Of a stretch of 64,000 nucleotides of DNA, positions 39,888 through 48,480 are shown piece by piece. How positions within the stretch are numbered: the first letter of the stretch is position 1; the number at the start of each line of letters is the position of its first letter. The stretch lies in the NCBI GenBank assembly GCA_037442505.1, contig JBBIPZ010000001.1, positions 37,229-101,228 on the forward strand, read 5' to 3'. Both the position numbers and the translations under genes were made by a program. Origin of the DNA: Deltaproteobacteria bacterium (lineage in GTDB: Bacteria; CALINM01). Under the pieces are notes generated by a model. It had not been told where the DNA came from, searched no databases, and saw only the letters and a list, made by a program, of their open reading frames with translations.

Positions 39888-41141
39888 TTATTGTTTTTTC
39901 TGACTGACGATACGTTTGAAAAAAAGCTCTCGTAATAGTGTTTTTGGTAAATCTGGGGGATAAGGCACCACAGCCAGGCTTAAATTCTCTATACCAGTAG
40001 CAGATGTTATTATAGACCGCAGTTCTGTTTCTTCTATCGTTTTGTTTGAGTCCCAATCTTTAACTTGAACCTTAAAAAGAAATCGTTGAGGGGCATCAGG
40101 TAATATTAGTAAACACTGATTTATCATTGATTGTAAATACTTTTTCGTCTGTATGAAATCTAATTTTAATTCGTTCTTAATCTGTCTGTGATAAGCCATT
40201 AAAGAGAAGTAGTCAGAAACATTTTTTAACACAGAAAGGTCATGTGCAAGCCACGCTAATGCGCCCTTTGGATTAGATACAGCTTCATAAGTAAGGTTAA
40301 CCATGAGTTTCAATGATGGATTTTTAGCTTTAATATTTTCGTTTAATGCAGAAATAAAGTCAGCTATTTTATTGCTTTTCCATTGTCTCCATTCCCAGAA
40401 CGCATCAGTATAAGTAATCTTGCCATTAAGTTTAATGAAAAACAGTTCTGGTTTAGCGTTTTTACCTGTCTCAGATTTAAAAAGAGTTACGGTAGAATTG
40501 TTAAAACCTTCATTGAAACGCAAAAAAAGGTCGTCCTGAAGTAGAATACCATCTATAGGGTAAGATGCAAGGTCTGAAAAAATTTTTATAATATGTTTTT
40601 GGACAGCAAGAGAAAAAATATTTAGGCCTTTTGTGGGAAAGTATTTTTTGTTGTCTAACGAATAAGCGATAACTGGCTCTAAATTATAAACACCATAATC
40701 AGCATAACGTGTTGTCATCCATGCAAAAACTTTAAGGTTGTAAGTTTTAGCGATTGGTATAACATCCTGTAATACATCGTAAATTAATGGTGCAGCTGAT
40801 GTCTTAAAATAAACTCCCTCATTCAACTGTGTCTTTATCCCCATATGATAGCGGTCACCGTTGTTATGGAAGACCCTTATAATTACTGTATTAACGCCGC
40901 AGTCCTGCCACTTAGAAAAAAGACTTTTAACTTCCCTGATATCAGAAGGCAAAAGAAAAACTTGAACGGCTTTGATTTTCTCGTAATCAAAATTATCTTT
41001 TCTATTTTTCTCTTCGGGATGAGAGTAAGTGATTTTTACTGTTGGTAACGATTTAATATCTTTGATAACGTCGTCAACGCTTAATGCATATGTAATTTTA
41101 TAAAAAAATAAAAGTGCAAAAAAAAAGAGAGATTTTTTCAT
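39888..41141 (-). CDS. secreted hypothetical protein, possibly a glycoside-hydrolase-like (GHL) TIM-barrel; tentative
   Basis: Signal peptide (MKKSLFFFALLFFYKITYA). No confident family. Start overlaps the rarA stop. Confidence 0.45.
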   Translation of the reverse strand: MKKSLFFFALLFFYKITYALSVDDVIKDIKSLPTVKITYSHPEEKNRKDNFDYEKIKAVQVFLLPSDIREVKSLFSKWQDCGVNTVIIRVFHNNGDRYHMGIKTQLNEGVYFKTSAAPLIYDVLQDVIPIAKTYNLKVFAWMTTRYADYGVYNLEPVIAYSLDNKKYFPTKGLNIFSLAVQKHIIKIFSDLASYPIDGILLQDDLFLRFNEGFNNSTVTLFKSETGKNAKPELFFIKLNGKITYTDAFWEWRQWKSNKIADFISALNENIKAKNPSLKLMVNLTYEAVSNPKGALAWLAHDLSVLKNVSDYFSLMAYHRQIKNELKLDFIQTKKYLQSMINQCLLILPDAPQRFLFKVQVKDWDSNKTIEETELRSIITSATGIENLSLAVVPYPPDLPKTLLRELFFKRIVSQKKQ

Positions 41142-42382
41142 TTCGTATCCTTAATTCTTTTTAGCCTCTCTAACAAGACCTTTTCGTGTCCAATCTCCTT
41201 AGGCTTATAGTAACGTTTATTTTTTAACAAATCAGGAAGACAGACAAAATTTTTTACAATTCCACCTTCGTAATCGTGGGGATACTTATACTCTTTACCG
41301 TATCCCTGTTGTTTCATCATCTTTGTAACAGGATTAATAAGTGACATTGGGGGTGGCAATGCACCGTATCTATTTACATCATCTTTTGCATCGAGATAGG
41401 CAAGATAGGAAGCATTGCTTTTGGGTGCCAGAGCAAGATATGTTACCGCTTGTGAAATAGGAATAAAGCCCTCTGGCATGCCTATCGCATGAAACGCATA
41501 ATGAGCAGATGTTGCTATCATTAATGCATGCGGATCCGCATTGCCGATATCCTCAGAGGCAAAAATCATCATTCTCCTTAAAATAAAATAGATATCTTCT
41601 CCTGACTCTATCATTCTTGCAAGATAATATATTGCTGCGTCAGGATCTGAAGCACGCATACTTTTAATAAAAGCAGAAATTAGACTGTAATGATAGTCGC
41701 CTTTTTTATCGTAAGATACAGTATTTGAGATGATGTTCTTTAGTGATTCAACGGTAATATCATCAGAGTAGTTTTTCAAAACAATTTCAAGCATGTTAAG
41801 GGCTACTCTTGCATCTCCACTCGCAGTCTGAGCAATGAATTGTAGAACTTCATCGCTTAAAGTTATATCTTTAAACTCCTTTTTAATTGCGGTTTGTAAA
41901 ATCTTAAGAAGAGAAGTTTCAGTTAAATGTTTTAGTTGAATAACCTTTATGCGTGAAAGCAAGGGGGCGTTGATATAAAAAGACGGATTTTCTGTTGTTG
42001 TGGCAAGAAATATAATTACACCATTTTCAATCCATGGTAAAAATGCGTCTTGTTGAGCTTTGTTAAAACGATGTATTTCGTCAACGAAGATGATCGTTTT
42101 TTTTCCATTAAAGTTAAATCTTTTATTGGCTTCCTCGATAAATTCTTTAACTTCCTTGATTGTAGACGTAACCGCTGAAAAAACCTTATATGGTAAGCCA
42201 GTATTTTTAGCTATAAGCATTGCAATGCTTGTTTTGCCAATACCAGGCGGACCAACAAACACCATAGAAGGTATGTCACCCATCTCGATAGCAGAAAAAA
42301 GCCATTTTTGAGACAAAAATTCTTCCTGTCCGATAATCTCTTCAAAGGTTTTTGGACGCATCCTGTATGCCAGAGGTTCCAT
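41138..42382 (-). CDS. rarA: replication-associated recombination protein A (AAA+ ATPase RarA/MgsA)
   Basis: 414 aa. LAYRMRPKTFEEIIGQEE, Walker A GPPGIGKTS, Walker B IIFVDEIHRFNK. Confidence 0.9.
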   Translation of the reverse strand: MEPLAYRMRPKTFEEIIGQEEFLSQKWLFSAIEMGDIPSMVFVGPPGIGKTSIAMLIAKNTGLPYKVFSAVTSTIKEVKEFIEEANKRFNFNGKKTIIFVDEIHRFNKAQQDAFLPWIENGVIIFLATTTENPSFYINAPLLSRIKVIQLKHLTETSLLKILQTAIKKEFKDITLSDEVLQFIAQTASGDARVALNMLEIVLKNYSDDITVESLKNIISNTVSYDKKGDYHYSLISAFIKSMRASDPDAAIYYLARMIESGEDIYFILRRMMIFASEDIGNADPHALMIATSAHYAFHAIGMPEGFIPISQAVTYLALAPKSNASYLAYLDAKDDVNRYGALPPPMSLINPVTKMMKQQGYGKEYKYPHDYEGGIVKNFVCLPDLLKNKRYYKPKEIGHEKVLLERLKRIKDTK

Positions 42383-42433
42383 ACCAAAATTATGACATAG
42401 TTAGTGATAAAAAAAAAGAGTTACTCGAATAGT

Positions 42434-42459
42434 GCACTTTAGATGAAGCACTTTAGATG
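42434..42459 (+). repeat. tandem direct repeat, GCACTTTAGATG x2 with a 2-bp spacer
   Basis: Two identical 12-mers at 42434-42445 and 42448-42459, just upstream of the tRNA-Val promoter -35. Confidence 0.8.
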
Positions 42460-42464
42460 TTTGC

Positions 42465-42494
42465 TTGACAAAAGAAACGTTTTTCGTAGATAAT
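42465..42494 (+). promoter_or_regulatory. sigma70-like promoter (TTGACA-N18-GATAAT) for tRNA-Val
   Basis: Consensus -35; the -10 ends 14 nt before the tRNA 5' end. Confidence 0.55.
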
Positions 42495-42508
42495 AAAAAC
42501 TAATTGTT

Positions 42509-42580
42509 GGGCGATTAACTCAGAGGGAGAGTGCTACCTTCACACGGTAGAAGTCACTGGTTCGAATCCAGTATCGCCCA
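42509..42580 (+). tRNA. tRNA-Val (anticodon CAC)
   Basis: Cloverleaf folded by hand. Acceptor GGGCGAT/ATCGCCC, D-stem ACTC/GAGT, anticodon stem CTACC/GGTAG with loop TTCACAC, T-arm ACTGG-TTCGAAT-CCAGT, discriminator A. No encoded CCA. Confidence 0.9.
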
Positions 42581-42728
42581 CTTTACCAAATTAAGACCTT
42601 TTTCAAAAATCTCATACACTGGTACACATCCCCAGACCCCGGATGTCAAGTTTTCAATTTATAAAAAATTTTTAAAATCATTTCCAGTGATTTTAAAGAC
42701 CTTTGCAAGGTTTTGCTAATGTCTTTAG

Positions 42729-42932
42729 CTATTCCGCTACTTTTAGTGCCTTTTCAAATACCTCGTTGAGCTTTAATGACTGTTTATATGCTTCAAAAAG
42801 CAGCATTGCGAGCTCTGTTTTACCTGAAATTTCCATCTTATTTGCCCAAGCCCTGTAGTTTTCTGCATGTTCGATATTATGTGTTTTCCAGTGTTCTAAT
42901 AGCTTATGTATTTTTTGAAAGTCATCGTGCAT
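42729..42932 (-). CDS. hypothetical 67-aa His-rich helical protein, last gene of the hcp operon
   Basis: Sequence MHDDFQKIHKLLEHWKTHNIEHAENYRAWANKME... has no Cys. GGGG RBS 8 nt upstream; a TATAAT-like element lies in the 123-bp gap upstream. Confidence 0.45.
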   Translation of the reverse strand: MHDDFQKIHKLLEHWKTHNIEHAENYRAWANKMEISGKTELAMLLFEAYKQSLKLNEVFEKALKVAE

Positions 42933-43055
42933 AAATAACCCCTTAATTTTTTTACAATTATAAGGGCAATTTACAATAAAAGCAATGTCTAAACAAATCT
43001 TAACTGACTAAAATTCGCTAAAGATAAAAAGCGTTAAAAAGATTAAGGTTAATTA

Positions 43056-43562
43056 TCAGTGATGCGTACCTTCAACGACTTCAACACCCTGTTTTTCGAT
43101 ATCTTTCTTTATCAACTCTTTAAAAGGGCACTTAGGGTAATCTCCTTCAAAAAGCATACATGATGCTAAATGTATGACTTTTATGTCAAAGTTTTTAAGT
43201 GTTTGAACAAGCCTGTGAACTCTACGACCCGAGCATCCACCACAGGTAAAAAATCCGATTAACTCCACCTTTTTGCCTTTATAACGTTCAAAATAGACCC
43301 TCTTATCATTAAAGGCTTTCAGGCATCCAACGCCGGGGCACGTTTCTGAAACAATGTTACATCTAACTATTGCTATATTAATAACATCTTCTTTCTTATC
43401 GGTAGCGCCAAGGTATTTTTCTTTCGCCTTCTGGTAGATATCTATATCAACTACCTCTTTGCCTTCCTTCTTAGCCATTTCTTCAATAGCCTTTTTTGCC
43501 ATCTTTCTAACAAAAAAAGGTATTTTTTCTAACTCTTTTTCAGCATCTTCGTTCCATTTCAT
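43056..43562 (-). CDS. PCP_red-like N-terminal domain fused to a CGGC-domain (putative metal/redox) protein
   Basis: N-terminus WNEDAEKELEKIPFFVRKMAKKAIEEMAKKEG matches the protochlorophyllide-reductase C-terminal-like (PCP_red) domain. C-terminus has CPGVGC and FFTCGGCSGRR, the CGGC-domain signature. Immediately downstream of hcp. Confidence 0.7.
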   Translation of the reverse strand: MKWNEDAEKELEKIPFFVRKMAKKAIEEMAKKEGKEVVDIDIYQKAKEKYLGATDKKEDVINIAIVRCNIVSETCPGVGCLKAFNDKRVYFERYKGKKVELIGFFTCGGCSGRRVHRLVQTLKNFDIKVIHLASCMLFEGDYPKCPFKELIKKDIEKQGVEVVEGTHH

Positions 43563-43596
43563 TTTATTTTATCCTCTCTGAATCGAAAAGTATAAT

Positions 43597-43613
43597 GGGG
43601 GGGATTCCCCCCC
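43597..43613 (-). other. G7-ATT-C7 perfect hairpin between hcp and the CGGC-domain gene (possible partial terminator/attenuator)
   Basis: 7-bp all-GC stem with a 3-nt loop. On the transcribed (minus) strand it is followed by ATTATACTTTTCG. Confidence 0.45.
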
Positions 43614-43622
43614 AGCATTTTA

Positions 43623-44918
43623 CTATTTTTCGGTTAAAATTGCCCTGATATCTTCATCAGGTGTAGTGATTGGTTTTAGATCAAACTTCTCCTGAAGCAC
43701 CTTTAATACATTAGGTGTTACAAAGGCTGGCAAAGATGGACCGATGCGAATACCTTTAATATCAAGTGCTAACAATGTTAAAAGTATTGCCACTGCCTTT
43801 TGTTCAAACCAGGAAAGTATTAACGAAAGTGGTAAATCATTCACATCGCAATGAAAAGCCTTTGCAAGTGCTAATGCAACCTGAATAGCACTGTAAGCAT
43901 TGTTACATTGTCCGATATCAATAAGTCTTGGAATACCATCAATGCTGCCAAAATCAAGTTTGTTAAACCTATATTTGCCGCAAGCAAGAGTTAGTATTAT
44001 GCTATCTTGAGGAACCTTTTCTGCAAATTCAGTGTAGTAGTTTCTGCCTGGGCGTGCGCCATCGCATCCTCCTATCAGGTAAAAATGTTTAATTTTGCCT
44101 GATTCAATGGCAGCAATAATCTTGTCTGCTAAACCAAGAATAGCGGTATGATGAAAGCCCGTCATAATCTTTTTCCCTGGTGTTTCTGGTAAAGGTTTGG
44201 TTTTGAGTGTCTTTTCGATTAGTGGAGTAAAATCCCTGTTTTTTATATGTGTTGCCCCCGGCACAGCCGCTACGCCACATGTAAAGAGTCTATCCTTGTA
44301 GCTCTCTTTCGGGATTAAAATACAGTTAGTCGTTGCTAATATTGTACCTGAAAACTCATCAAACTCTCTTTTTTGCTCTTGCCAGGCTCCACCGTAGTTG
44401 CCTACTAAATGTTTAAATTTTCTCAATTCTGGATATGAATGTGCTGGCAACATCTCTCCATGGGTGTAAACATAGATATTTTTGCCCTCGGTCTGTTTTA
44501 ATAGCTCATAAAGGTCTAAAAGGTCATGACCGGTGACTAAAATTCCGTAACCTGCCTTCGTGCCAGTACTTACTTCTACGGGTGTAGGATTACCAAAACG
44601 CTCGCAGTTTGCTCTGTCTAATAGTTCCATCGCCTTTAAGTTCATCATACCGCATTTTAAGACAGCCTCGATGTGATCATTAAGGTCAAATGACACATTT
44701 GTTAACGTTTTAAAAAGACCTTCCATCAGGAAGTCATCTACCTCTGTGTCACGATAACCTAACTCTTTTGCGTGATAAGCATAAGCTGCGACACCTTTCA
44801 ACCCATAAATCAAAATTTCCTGCAGCGAATTAATATCCGGGTCTTTACCACAAACACCCATTGTTGTACATGCTAAGCCTTGAGCTGTTTGTTCGCATTG
44901 ATTACAAAACATACTCAT
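43623..44918 (-). CDS. hcp: hybrid cluster protein (hydroxylamine reductase/prismane), short form
   Basis: 431 aa. N-terminal CNQCEQTAQGLACTTMGVCGK cysteine cluster; conserved Hcp core (GHDLLDL, CGVAAVPGA, LGLADKII). Confidence 0.92.
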   Translation of the reverse strand: MSMFCNQCEQTAQGLACTTMGVCGKDPDINSLQEILIYGLKGVAAYAYHAKELGYRDTEVDDFLMEGLFKTLTNVSFDLNDHIEAVLKCGMMNLKAMELLDRANCERFGNPTPVEVSTGTKAGYGILVTGHDLLDLYELLKQTEGKNIYVYTHGEMLPAHSYPELRKFKHLVGNYGGAWQEQKREFDEFSGTILATTNCILIPKESYKDRLFTCGVAAVPGATHIKNRDFTPLIEKTLKTKPLPETPGKKIMTGFHHTAILGLADKIIAAIESGKIKHFYLIGGCDGARPGRNYYTEFAEKVPQDSIILTLACGKYRFNKLDFGSIDGIPRLIDIGQCNNAYSAIQVALALAKAFHCDVNDLPLSLILSWFEQKAVAILLTLLALDIKGIRIGPSLPAFVTPNVLKVLQEKFDLKPITTPDEDIRAILTEK

Positions 44919-44974
44919 TTGTATCCTCCTTTTGTGTTTTTCTTTTAATATACACTAAAATAAAATCTTATAAA

Positions 44975-44988
44975 TTGACTAATGTCAA
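44975..44988. promoter_or_regulatory. palindrome TTGAC-TAAT-GTCAA in the hcp/Rrf2 divergent intergenic region (candidate operator)
   Basis: Perfect 5-bp arms with a 4-bp spacer, 57 nt upstream of the hcp start codon and 75 nt upstream of the Rrf2 ATG. Confidence 0.4.
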
Positions 44989-45062
44989 ATGACAAAAATT
45001 TTTTTCTTGACTTAATAAATAGATTTTGTTTAATAAAAATACGTACAATTTTGGGGGAAAAT

Positions 45063-45518
45063 ATGAAATTATCTACAAAAGTCAGGTATGGTGTAAGGGC
45101 AATTTTTGATCTTGCGTATCACTGCGGCGGTGATACAGGTCAGGTAAAGGATATTGCTGTTAGACAAAATATATCTCCACGGTATCTTGAGCAGATATTT
45201 CATCGTCTTAAAAAGGCTGGAATAGTGAGAAGTGAAAGAGGTCCAAAAGGTGGATATGTACTTATTAAAAAGACAAGCGAAATTACTCTTGCAGATATAT
45301 ACAAAGCGACTGAAGGACCTTTCGGGCTTGTTCCTTGTAAAAAGAAAAACAAAAAATGTCAGAATATCGAGGATTGTATTGTAAATCCAGTATGGGATAA
45401 ATTAACCGAAAATATAGAGGAACTTTTTAAATCCATTACAATTCAAGATTTATGTTCGATTGCCGAAAAGATGAACATCCCTCGAGAGATTGATAAAAAG
45501 TACATGTATTTTATTTAA
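45063..45518 (+). CDS. Rrf2-family transcriptional regulator with a three-Cys Fe-S-type cluster (NsrR/IscR-like)
   Basis: Start taken at the ATG (MKLSTKVRYGVRAIFDLAYH) after a GGGGG RBS; the ORF track begins 27 codons upstream. wHTH plus CKKKNKKCQNIEDC (C-x6-C-x5-C). Divergent from hcp. Confidence 0.85.
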   Translation: MKLSTKVRYGVRAIFDLAYHCGGDTGQVKDIAVRQNISPRYLEQIFHRLKKAGIVRSERGPKGGYVLIKKTSEITLADIYKATEGPFGLVPCKKKNKKCQNIEDCIVNPVWDKLTENIEELFKSITIQDLCSIAEKMNIPREIDKKYMYFI

Positions 45519-45557
45519 TGGGCACGGGTTTATTTTTTTTCGAATTGGCCAATAATT

Positions 45558-45592
45558 TTCAATCTCGCTTCATTTTTAACCAAATCTTAACA
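45558..45592 (+). promoter_or_regulatory. Pho-box-like direct repeats with 11-bp periodicity (TTCAAT-N5-TTCATT, TTAACC-N5-TTAACA) upstream of pstS
   Basis: Hexamers at 45558, 45569, 45576 and 45587, sitting 70-100 bp upstream of the pstS ATG. They resemble TT(A/T/C)ACA PhoP/PhoB-type repeats. Confidence 0.35.
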
Positions 45593-45613
45593 AAAAGAAA
45601 ATAATCTTTTAAA

Positions 45614-45660
45614 ACAAACCTCCTATTCTTAAATTATAAAAAATAAAATTGGAGGTTTGT
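45614..45660 (+). promoter_or_regulatory. 10-bp perfect stem-loop (ACAAACCTCC-N27-GGAGGTTTGT) whose 3' arm contains the pstS Shine-Dalgarno GGAGG and ends at the ATG
   Basis: Left arm 45614-45623, right arm 45651-45660, ATG at 45661. Confidence 0.6.
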
Positions 45661-46674
45661 ATGAACATTATGAAATCCTTTTTAGTTACTCTGATGGTTT
45701 TTCTATCTTTTGTGACGGCTAAGGCTTCCGACACTTTAAATGGTGCAGGTGCAACATTTCCTTACCCACTTTATTCATCCTGGGCTTATCATTACGAGAA
45801 AGAGAAGGGAATTAAAGTTAACTATCAGTCAATTGGCTCAGGCGGTGGTGTGAGACAGATTTTTAACAGAACTGTAGATTTTGGTGCTTCTGATGATGCT
45901 TTGACACCAGAAAATATTGAAAAAAACAGACTCCTGCAATGGCCACAGGTTATTGGTGGGATTGTGCTTGCAGTGAATATTCCTGGTATAAGATCGGAGC
46001 AACTTGTTTTAGATGCCAGCACTGTTTGTAAAATCTATCTTGGAGATATCAAATTCTGGGATGATGAAAGAATCAAAGCTCTTAATAAATCTGTATCCTT
46101 GCCAAAAAAAGAGATAATACCAGTTTACAGGTCTGACGGCTCTGGAACTACAGCAGTTTTTACTCATTACTTAGCTGAGGCTTGCAGTGATTTCAAGCAA
46201 AAAGTAGGTGAAGGTAAGTCTGTTAGCTGGCCCGCCGGAATTGGTGGCAAAGGTAACGAAGGTGTTGCAAATTATGTGAAAAGAACAGAATATTCTGTTG
46301 GTTATGTTGAGTTTGCCTATGCAAAGCAGAATAAATTAAATTATACGCTATTAAAAAATCCTGCGGGTAATATAGTAAAGCCAAGTCTCAAATCCTTTTC
46401 TGAAGCAGCAAAATACGGTGACTATAATCCAGAAAAGCATTTTTATACCTGGATAACAAACACAAAAGGTAAAAATACCTGGCCTGTTGCTGCTGCTACA
46501 AACATTTTAGTCGCTAAAGAAAAACAAGATGTTAATAAAAAAGTTACAAAGTTCTTCGATTGGGCATTCTCAAGCAAGGCTGACAAGTTAGCAGAAAATC
46601 TTATTTATGCACCGTTACCAGAGACCCTAAAAAATAAAGTTCGTGAATACTGGAGAAAGAATGGCATCTATTGA
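45661..46674 (+). CDS. pstS: phosphate ABC transporter substrate-binding protein PstS
   Basis: Signal peptide (MNIMKSFLVTLMVFLSFVTAKA), then a PstS/PBP fold (GAGATFPYPLYSSW, YRSDGSGTT). Confidence 0.9.
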   Translation: MNIMKSFLVTLMVFLSFVTAKASDTLNGAGATFPYPLYSSWAYHYEKEKGIKVNYQSIGSGGGVRQIFNRTVDFGASDDALTPENIEKNRLLQWPQVIGGIVLAVNIPGIRSEQLVLDASTVCKIYLGDIKFWDDERIKALNKSVSLPKKEIIPVYRSDGSGTTAVFTHYLAEACSDFKQKVGEGKSVSWPAGIGGKGNEGVANYVKRTEYSVGYVEFAYAKQNKLNYTLLKNPAGNIVKPSLKSFSEAAKYGDYNPEKHFYTWITNTKGKNTWPVAAATNILVAKEKQDVNKKVTKFFDWAFSSKADKLAENLIYAPLPETLKNKVREYWRKNGIY

Positions 46675-47644
46675 TCAGGACAGTAAAGATAATACAAACA
46701 TTACGGGAGCAAATTTAAAAGGCTCTCGTTTTATTGACTCTTTTTTTCATTTTTTAACAGCTATTGCTTCTTTTTCAATAATTTTGATAATAATGGGTAT
46801 CATAGCTGTTTTGTTGAAAGAGTCTTTTCTTGCTATTTCTAAGTTTGGTTTTTTTAAATTCGTATTTTCTACAAAATGGGACCCAGTAAGAGAAGTTTTT
46901 GGAGCAGGTGTGCCCTTATATGGAACTTTACTTACTACATTACTTGCTCTCATCTTTGCTATCCCTATTTCACTGGGTGTGGCTATATTTGTTACAGAAA
47001 TTGCCCCTGAGAAAATTAGAGGTTTTGTTGGAGGTGCTATAGAGCTTTTAGCTGCAATTCCAAGTATTATTTACGGTATGTGGGGAGTTTTTACGCTTGC
47101 ACCAATTATGGCAAAATATATAGAACCCTTTCTCAAAGATACACTTGGAAACTTGCCAGTATTTAACACTCTTTTCAGGGGAACACCTATCGGACTTGAT
47201 TTATTTACAGCAGGTATTGTATTAGGCATAATGATAATCCCCTTTGCAGCAAGCATTGCAAGGGATTCGATTAACCTGACACCAAAAATTTTAAAAGAAT
47301 CGGCTTATGCGATGGGAACAACCCATTGGGAAGTTATAAAAGATATCATTTTACCTCACTCAAAGTTTGGCATTTTTAGTGGCATAGTGATATCTCTTGG
47401 TCGTGCTTTAGGCGAGACGATGGCCGTTGCCTTTGTTCTTGGAAACAAAAATAAAATAGCCACATCCCTCTTTGATGCAACAACAACTGTTACAGTTAAG
47501 TTGGCAAACGAGTTTACTGAAGCAGATAAAGACATTTATCTATCATCATTATTTTACCTTGTACTGTTACTGTTCATAATGAGCTTTGTTATTTTAGCTT
47601 TTTCAAAGTTCTTGCTTATGAAATACAAGAAGGAACGGGTATGA
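46661..47644 (+). CDS. pstC: phosphate ABC transporter permease PstC
   Basis: ATG overlaps the pstS 3' end by 14 nt; the ORF track used an upstream GTG. Permease with an EAA-like loop (ESAYAMGTTHWEV). Confidence 0.85.
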   Translation: MASIDQDSKDNTNITGANLKGSRFIDSFFHFLTAIASFSIILIIMGIIAVLLKESFLAISKFGFFKFVFSTKWDPVREVFGAGVPLYGTLLTTLLALIFAIPISLGVAIFVTEIAPEKIRGFVGGAIELLAAIPSIIYGMWGVFTLAPIMAKYIEPFLKDTLGNLPVFNTLFRGTPIGLDLFTAGIVLGIMIIPFAASIARDSINLTPKILKESAYAMGTTHWEVIKDIILPHSKFGIFSGIVISLGRALGETMAVAFVLGNKNKIATSLFDATTTVTVKLANEFTEADKDIYLSSLFYLVLLLFIMSFVILAFSKFLLMKYKKERV

Positions 47645-48480
47645 CAGGAATAAAATACAGAAAGTTAAAAAGTAATTTTTTCTTCACCCTTTGTACGTTT
47701 ATGACCCTAATTGGACTTTTTTTTCTTGTTTACATCCTTGCTGATATACTTATCCATGGAATTAAGGGATTTAATTTAGATCTCTTTTTTAAAGATCCCG
47801 CTCCTGCTGGTGAAGAGGGAGGAGGACTAAGAAACGCCTTTATTGGGCATCTTTTAATTACTCTTGTTGCTGTATTAATTGGAGTGCCTTTAGGTGTTTT
47901 AGGTGGAACCTATCTTGCCGAGTATGGAAGAAACAAATGCATCTCAAAGTTTATAAGTACTCTGGCAGACATTATGGTTAGTGTACCAGCTATTGTTATT
48001 GGCACATTTGTTTATGCCATAGGTGTAAAACCTTTTGGGAATTTCAACGGCTGGGCTGGCTCAGTTGCCCTTGCAATAATTATGCTTCCCATCATTATAA
48101 GAACTACTGAGAATATGCTTTCACTTATTCCATGGAGTTTAAGAGAGGCTGCTTTTGCCCTTGGAGCACCTTATTATAAAGTAATTTTCCAGGTTGTATA
48201 TCGTGGTGCAAAGACGGGAATACTTACAGGAATTTTACTTTCCATAGCAAGGGTAATTGGTGAGGCAGCACCATTACTTTTTACTTCCTTTAACAACAAT
48301 TTCTTCTCCACCGATATGAGTAAACCTGTTGCATCTCTTACAGTTACTATCTTTCAGTATGCGACAGGGCCTTATGATACCTGGCACTCTCAAGCTTGGG
48401 CAGCGTCATTAGTCATAACTTTGACGATATTAGCAATTACAATAATCAGTAGAATTATTTTAAAAGGAAGAGCAAAATGA
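47641..48480 (+). CDS. pstA: phosphate ABC transporter permease PstA
   Basis: 279 aa permease ([14 protein letters not shown]). 4-nt overlap with pstC. Confidence 0.85.
   Translation: MTGIKYRKLKSNFFFTLCTFMTLIGLFFLVYILADILIHGIKGFNLDLFFKDPAPAGEEGGGLRNAFIGHLLITLVAVLIGVPLGVLGGTYLAEYGRNKCISKFISTLADIMVSVPAIVIGTFVYAIGVKPFGNFNGWAGSVALAIIMLPIIIRTTENMLSLIPWSLREAAFALGAPYYKVIFQVVYRGAKTGILTGILLSIARVIGEAAPLLFTSFNNNFFSTDMSKPVASLTVTIFQYATGPYDTWHSQAWAASLVITLTILAITIISRIILKGRAK

Noticed and set aside
42660-42690. AAAATCA-N7-TGATTTT palindrome after the tRNA as a terminator
   Set aside because: All-AT 7-bp stem with no U-tract on either strand. Too weak to call.
42531-42719. 62-aa ORF overlapping tRNA-Val
   Set aside because: It overlaps a well-folding tRNA gene and its 3' flank, has no RBS, and gives a low-complexity translation. 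Spurious.
42383-42728. Possible genomic island or integration site at tRNA-Val
   Set aside because: No integrase, no direct repeat of the tRNA 3' end, and no compositional shift. Flanking genes (rarA, hcp operon) look chromosomal.
45519-45545. Terminator after the Rrf2 gene (T8 run at 45533..45540)
   Set aside because: A U-tract is present but I could not find a convincing preceding stem (GGGCACGGG is not self-complementary). Not called.
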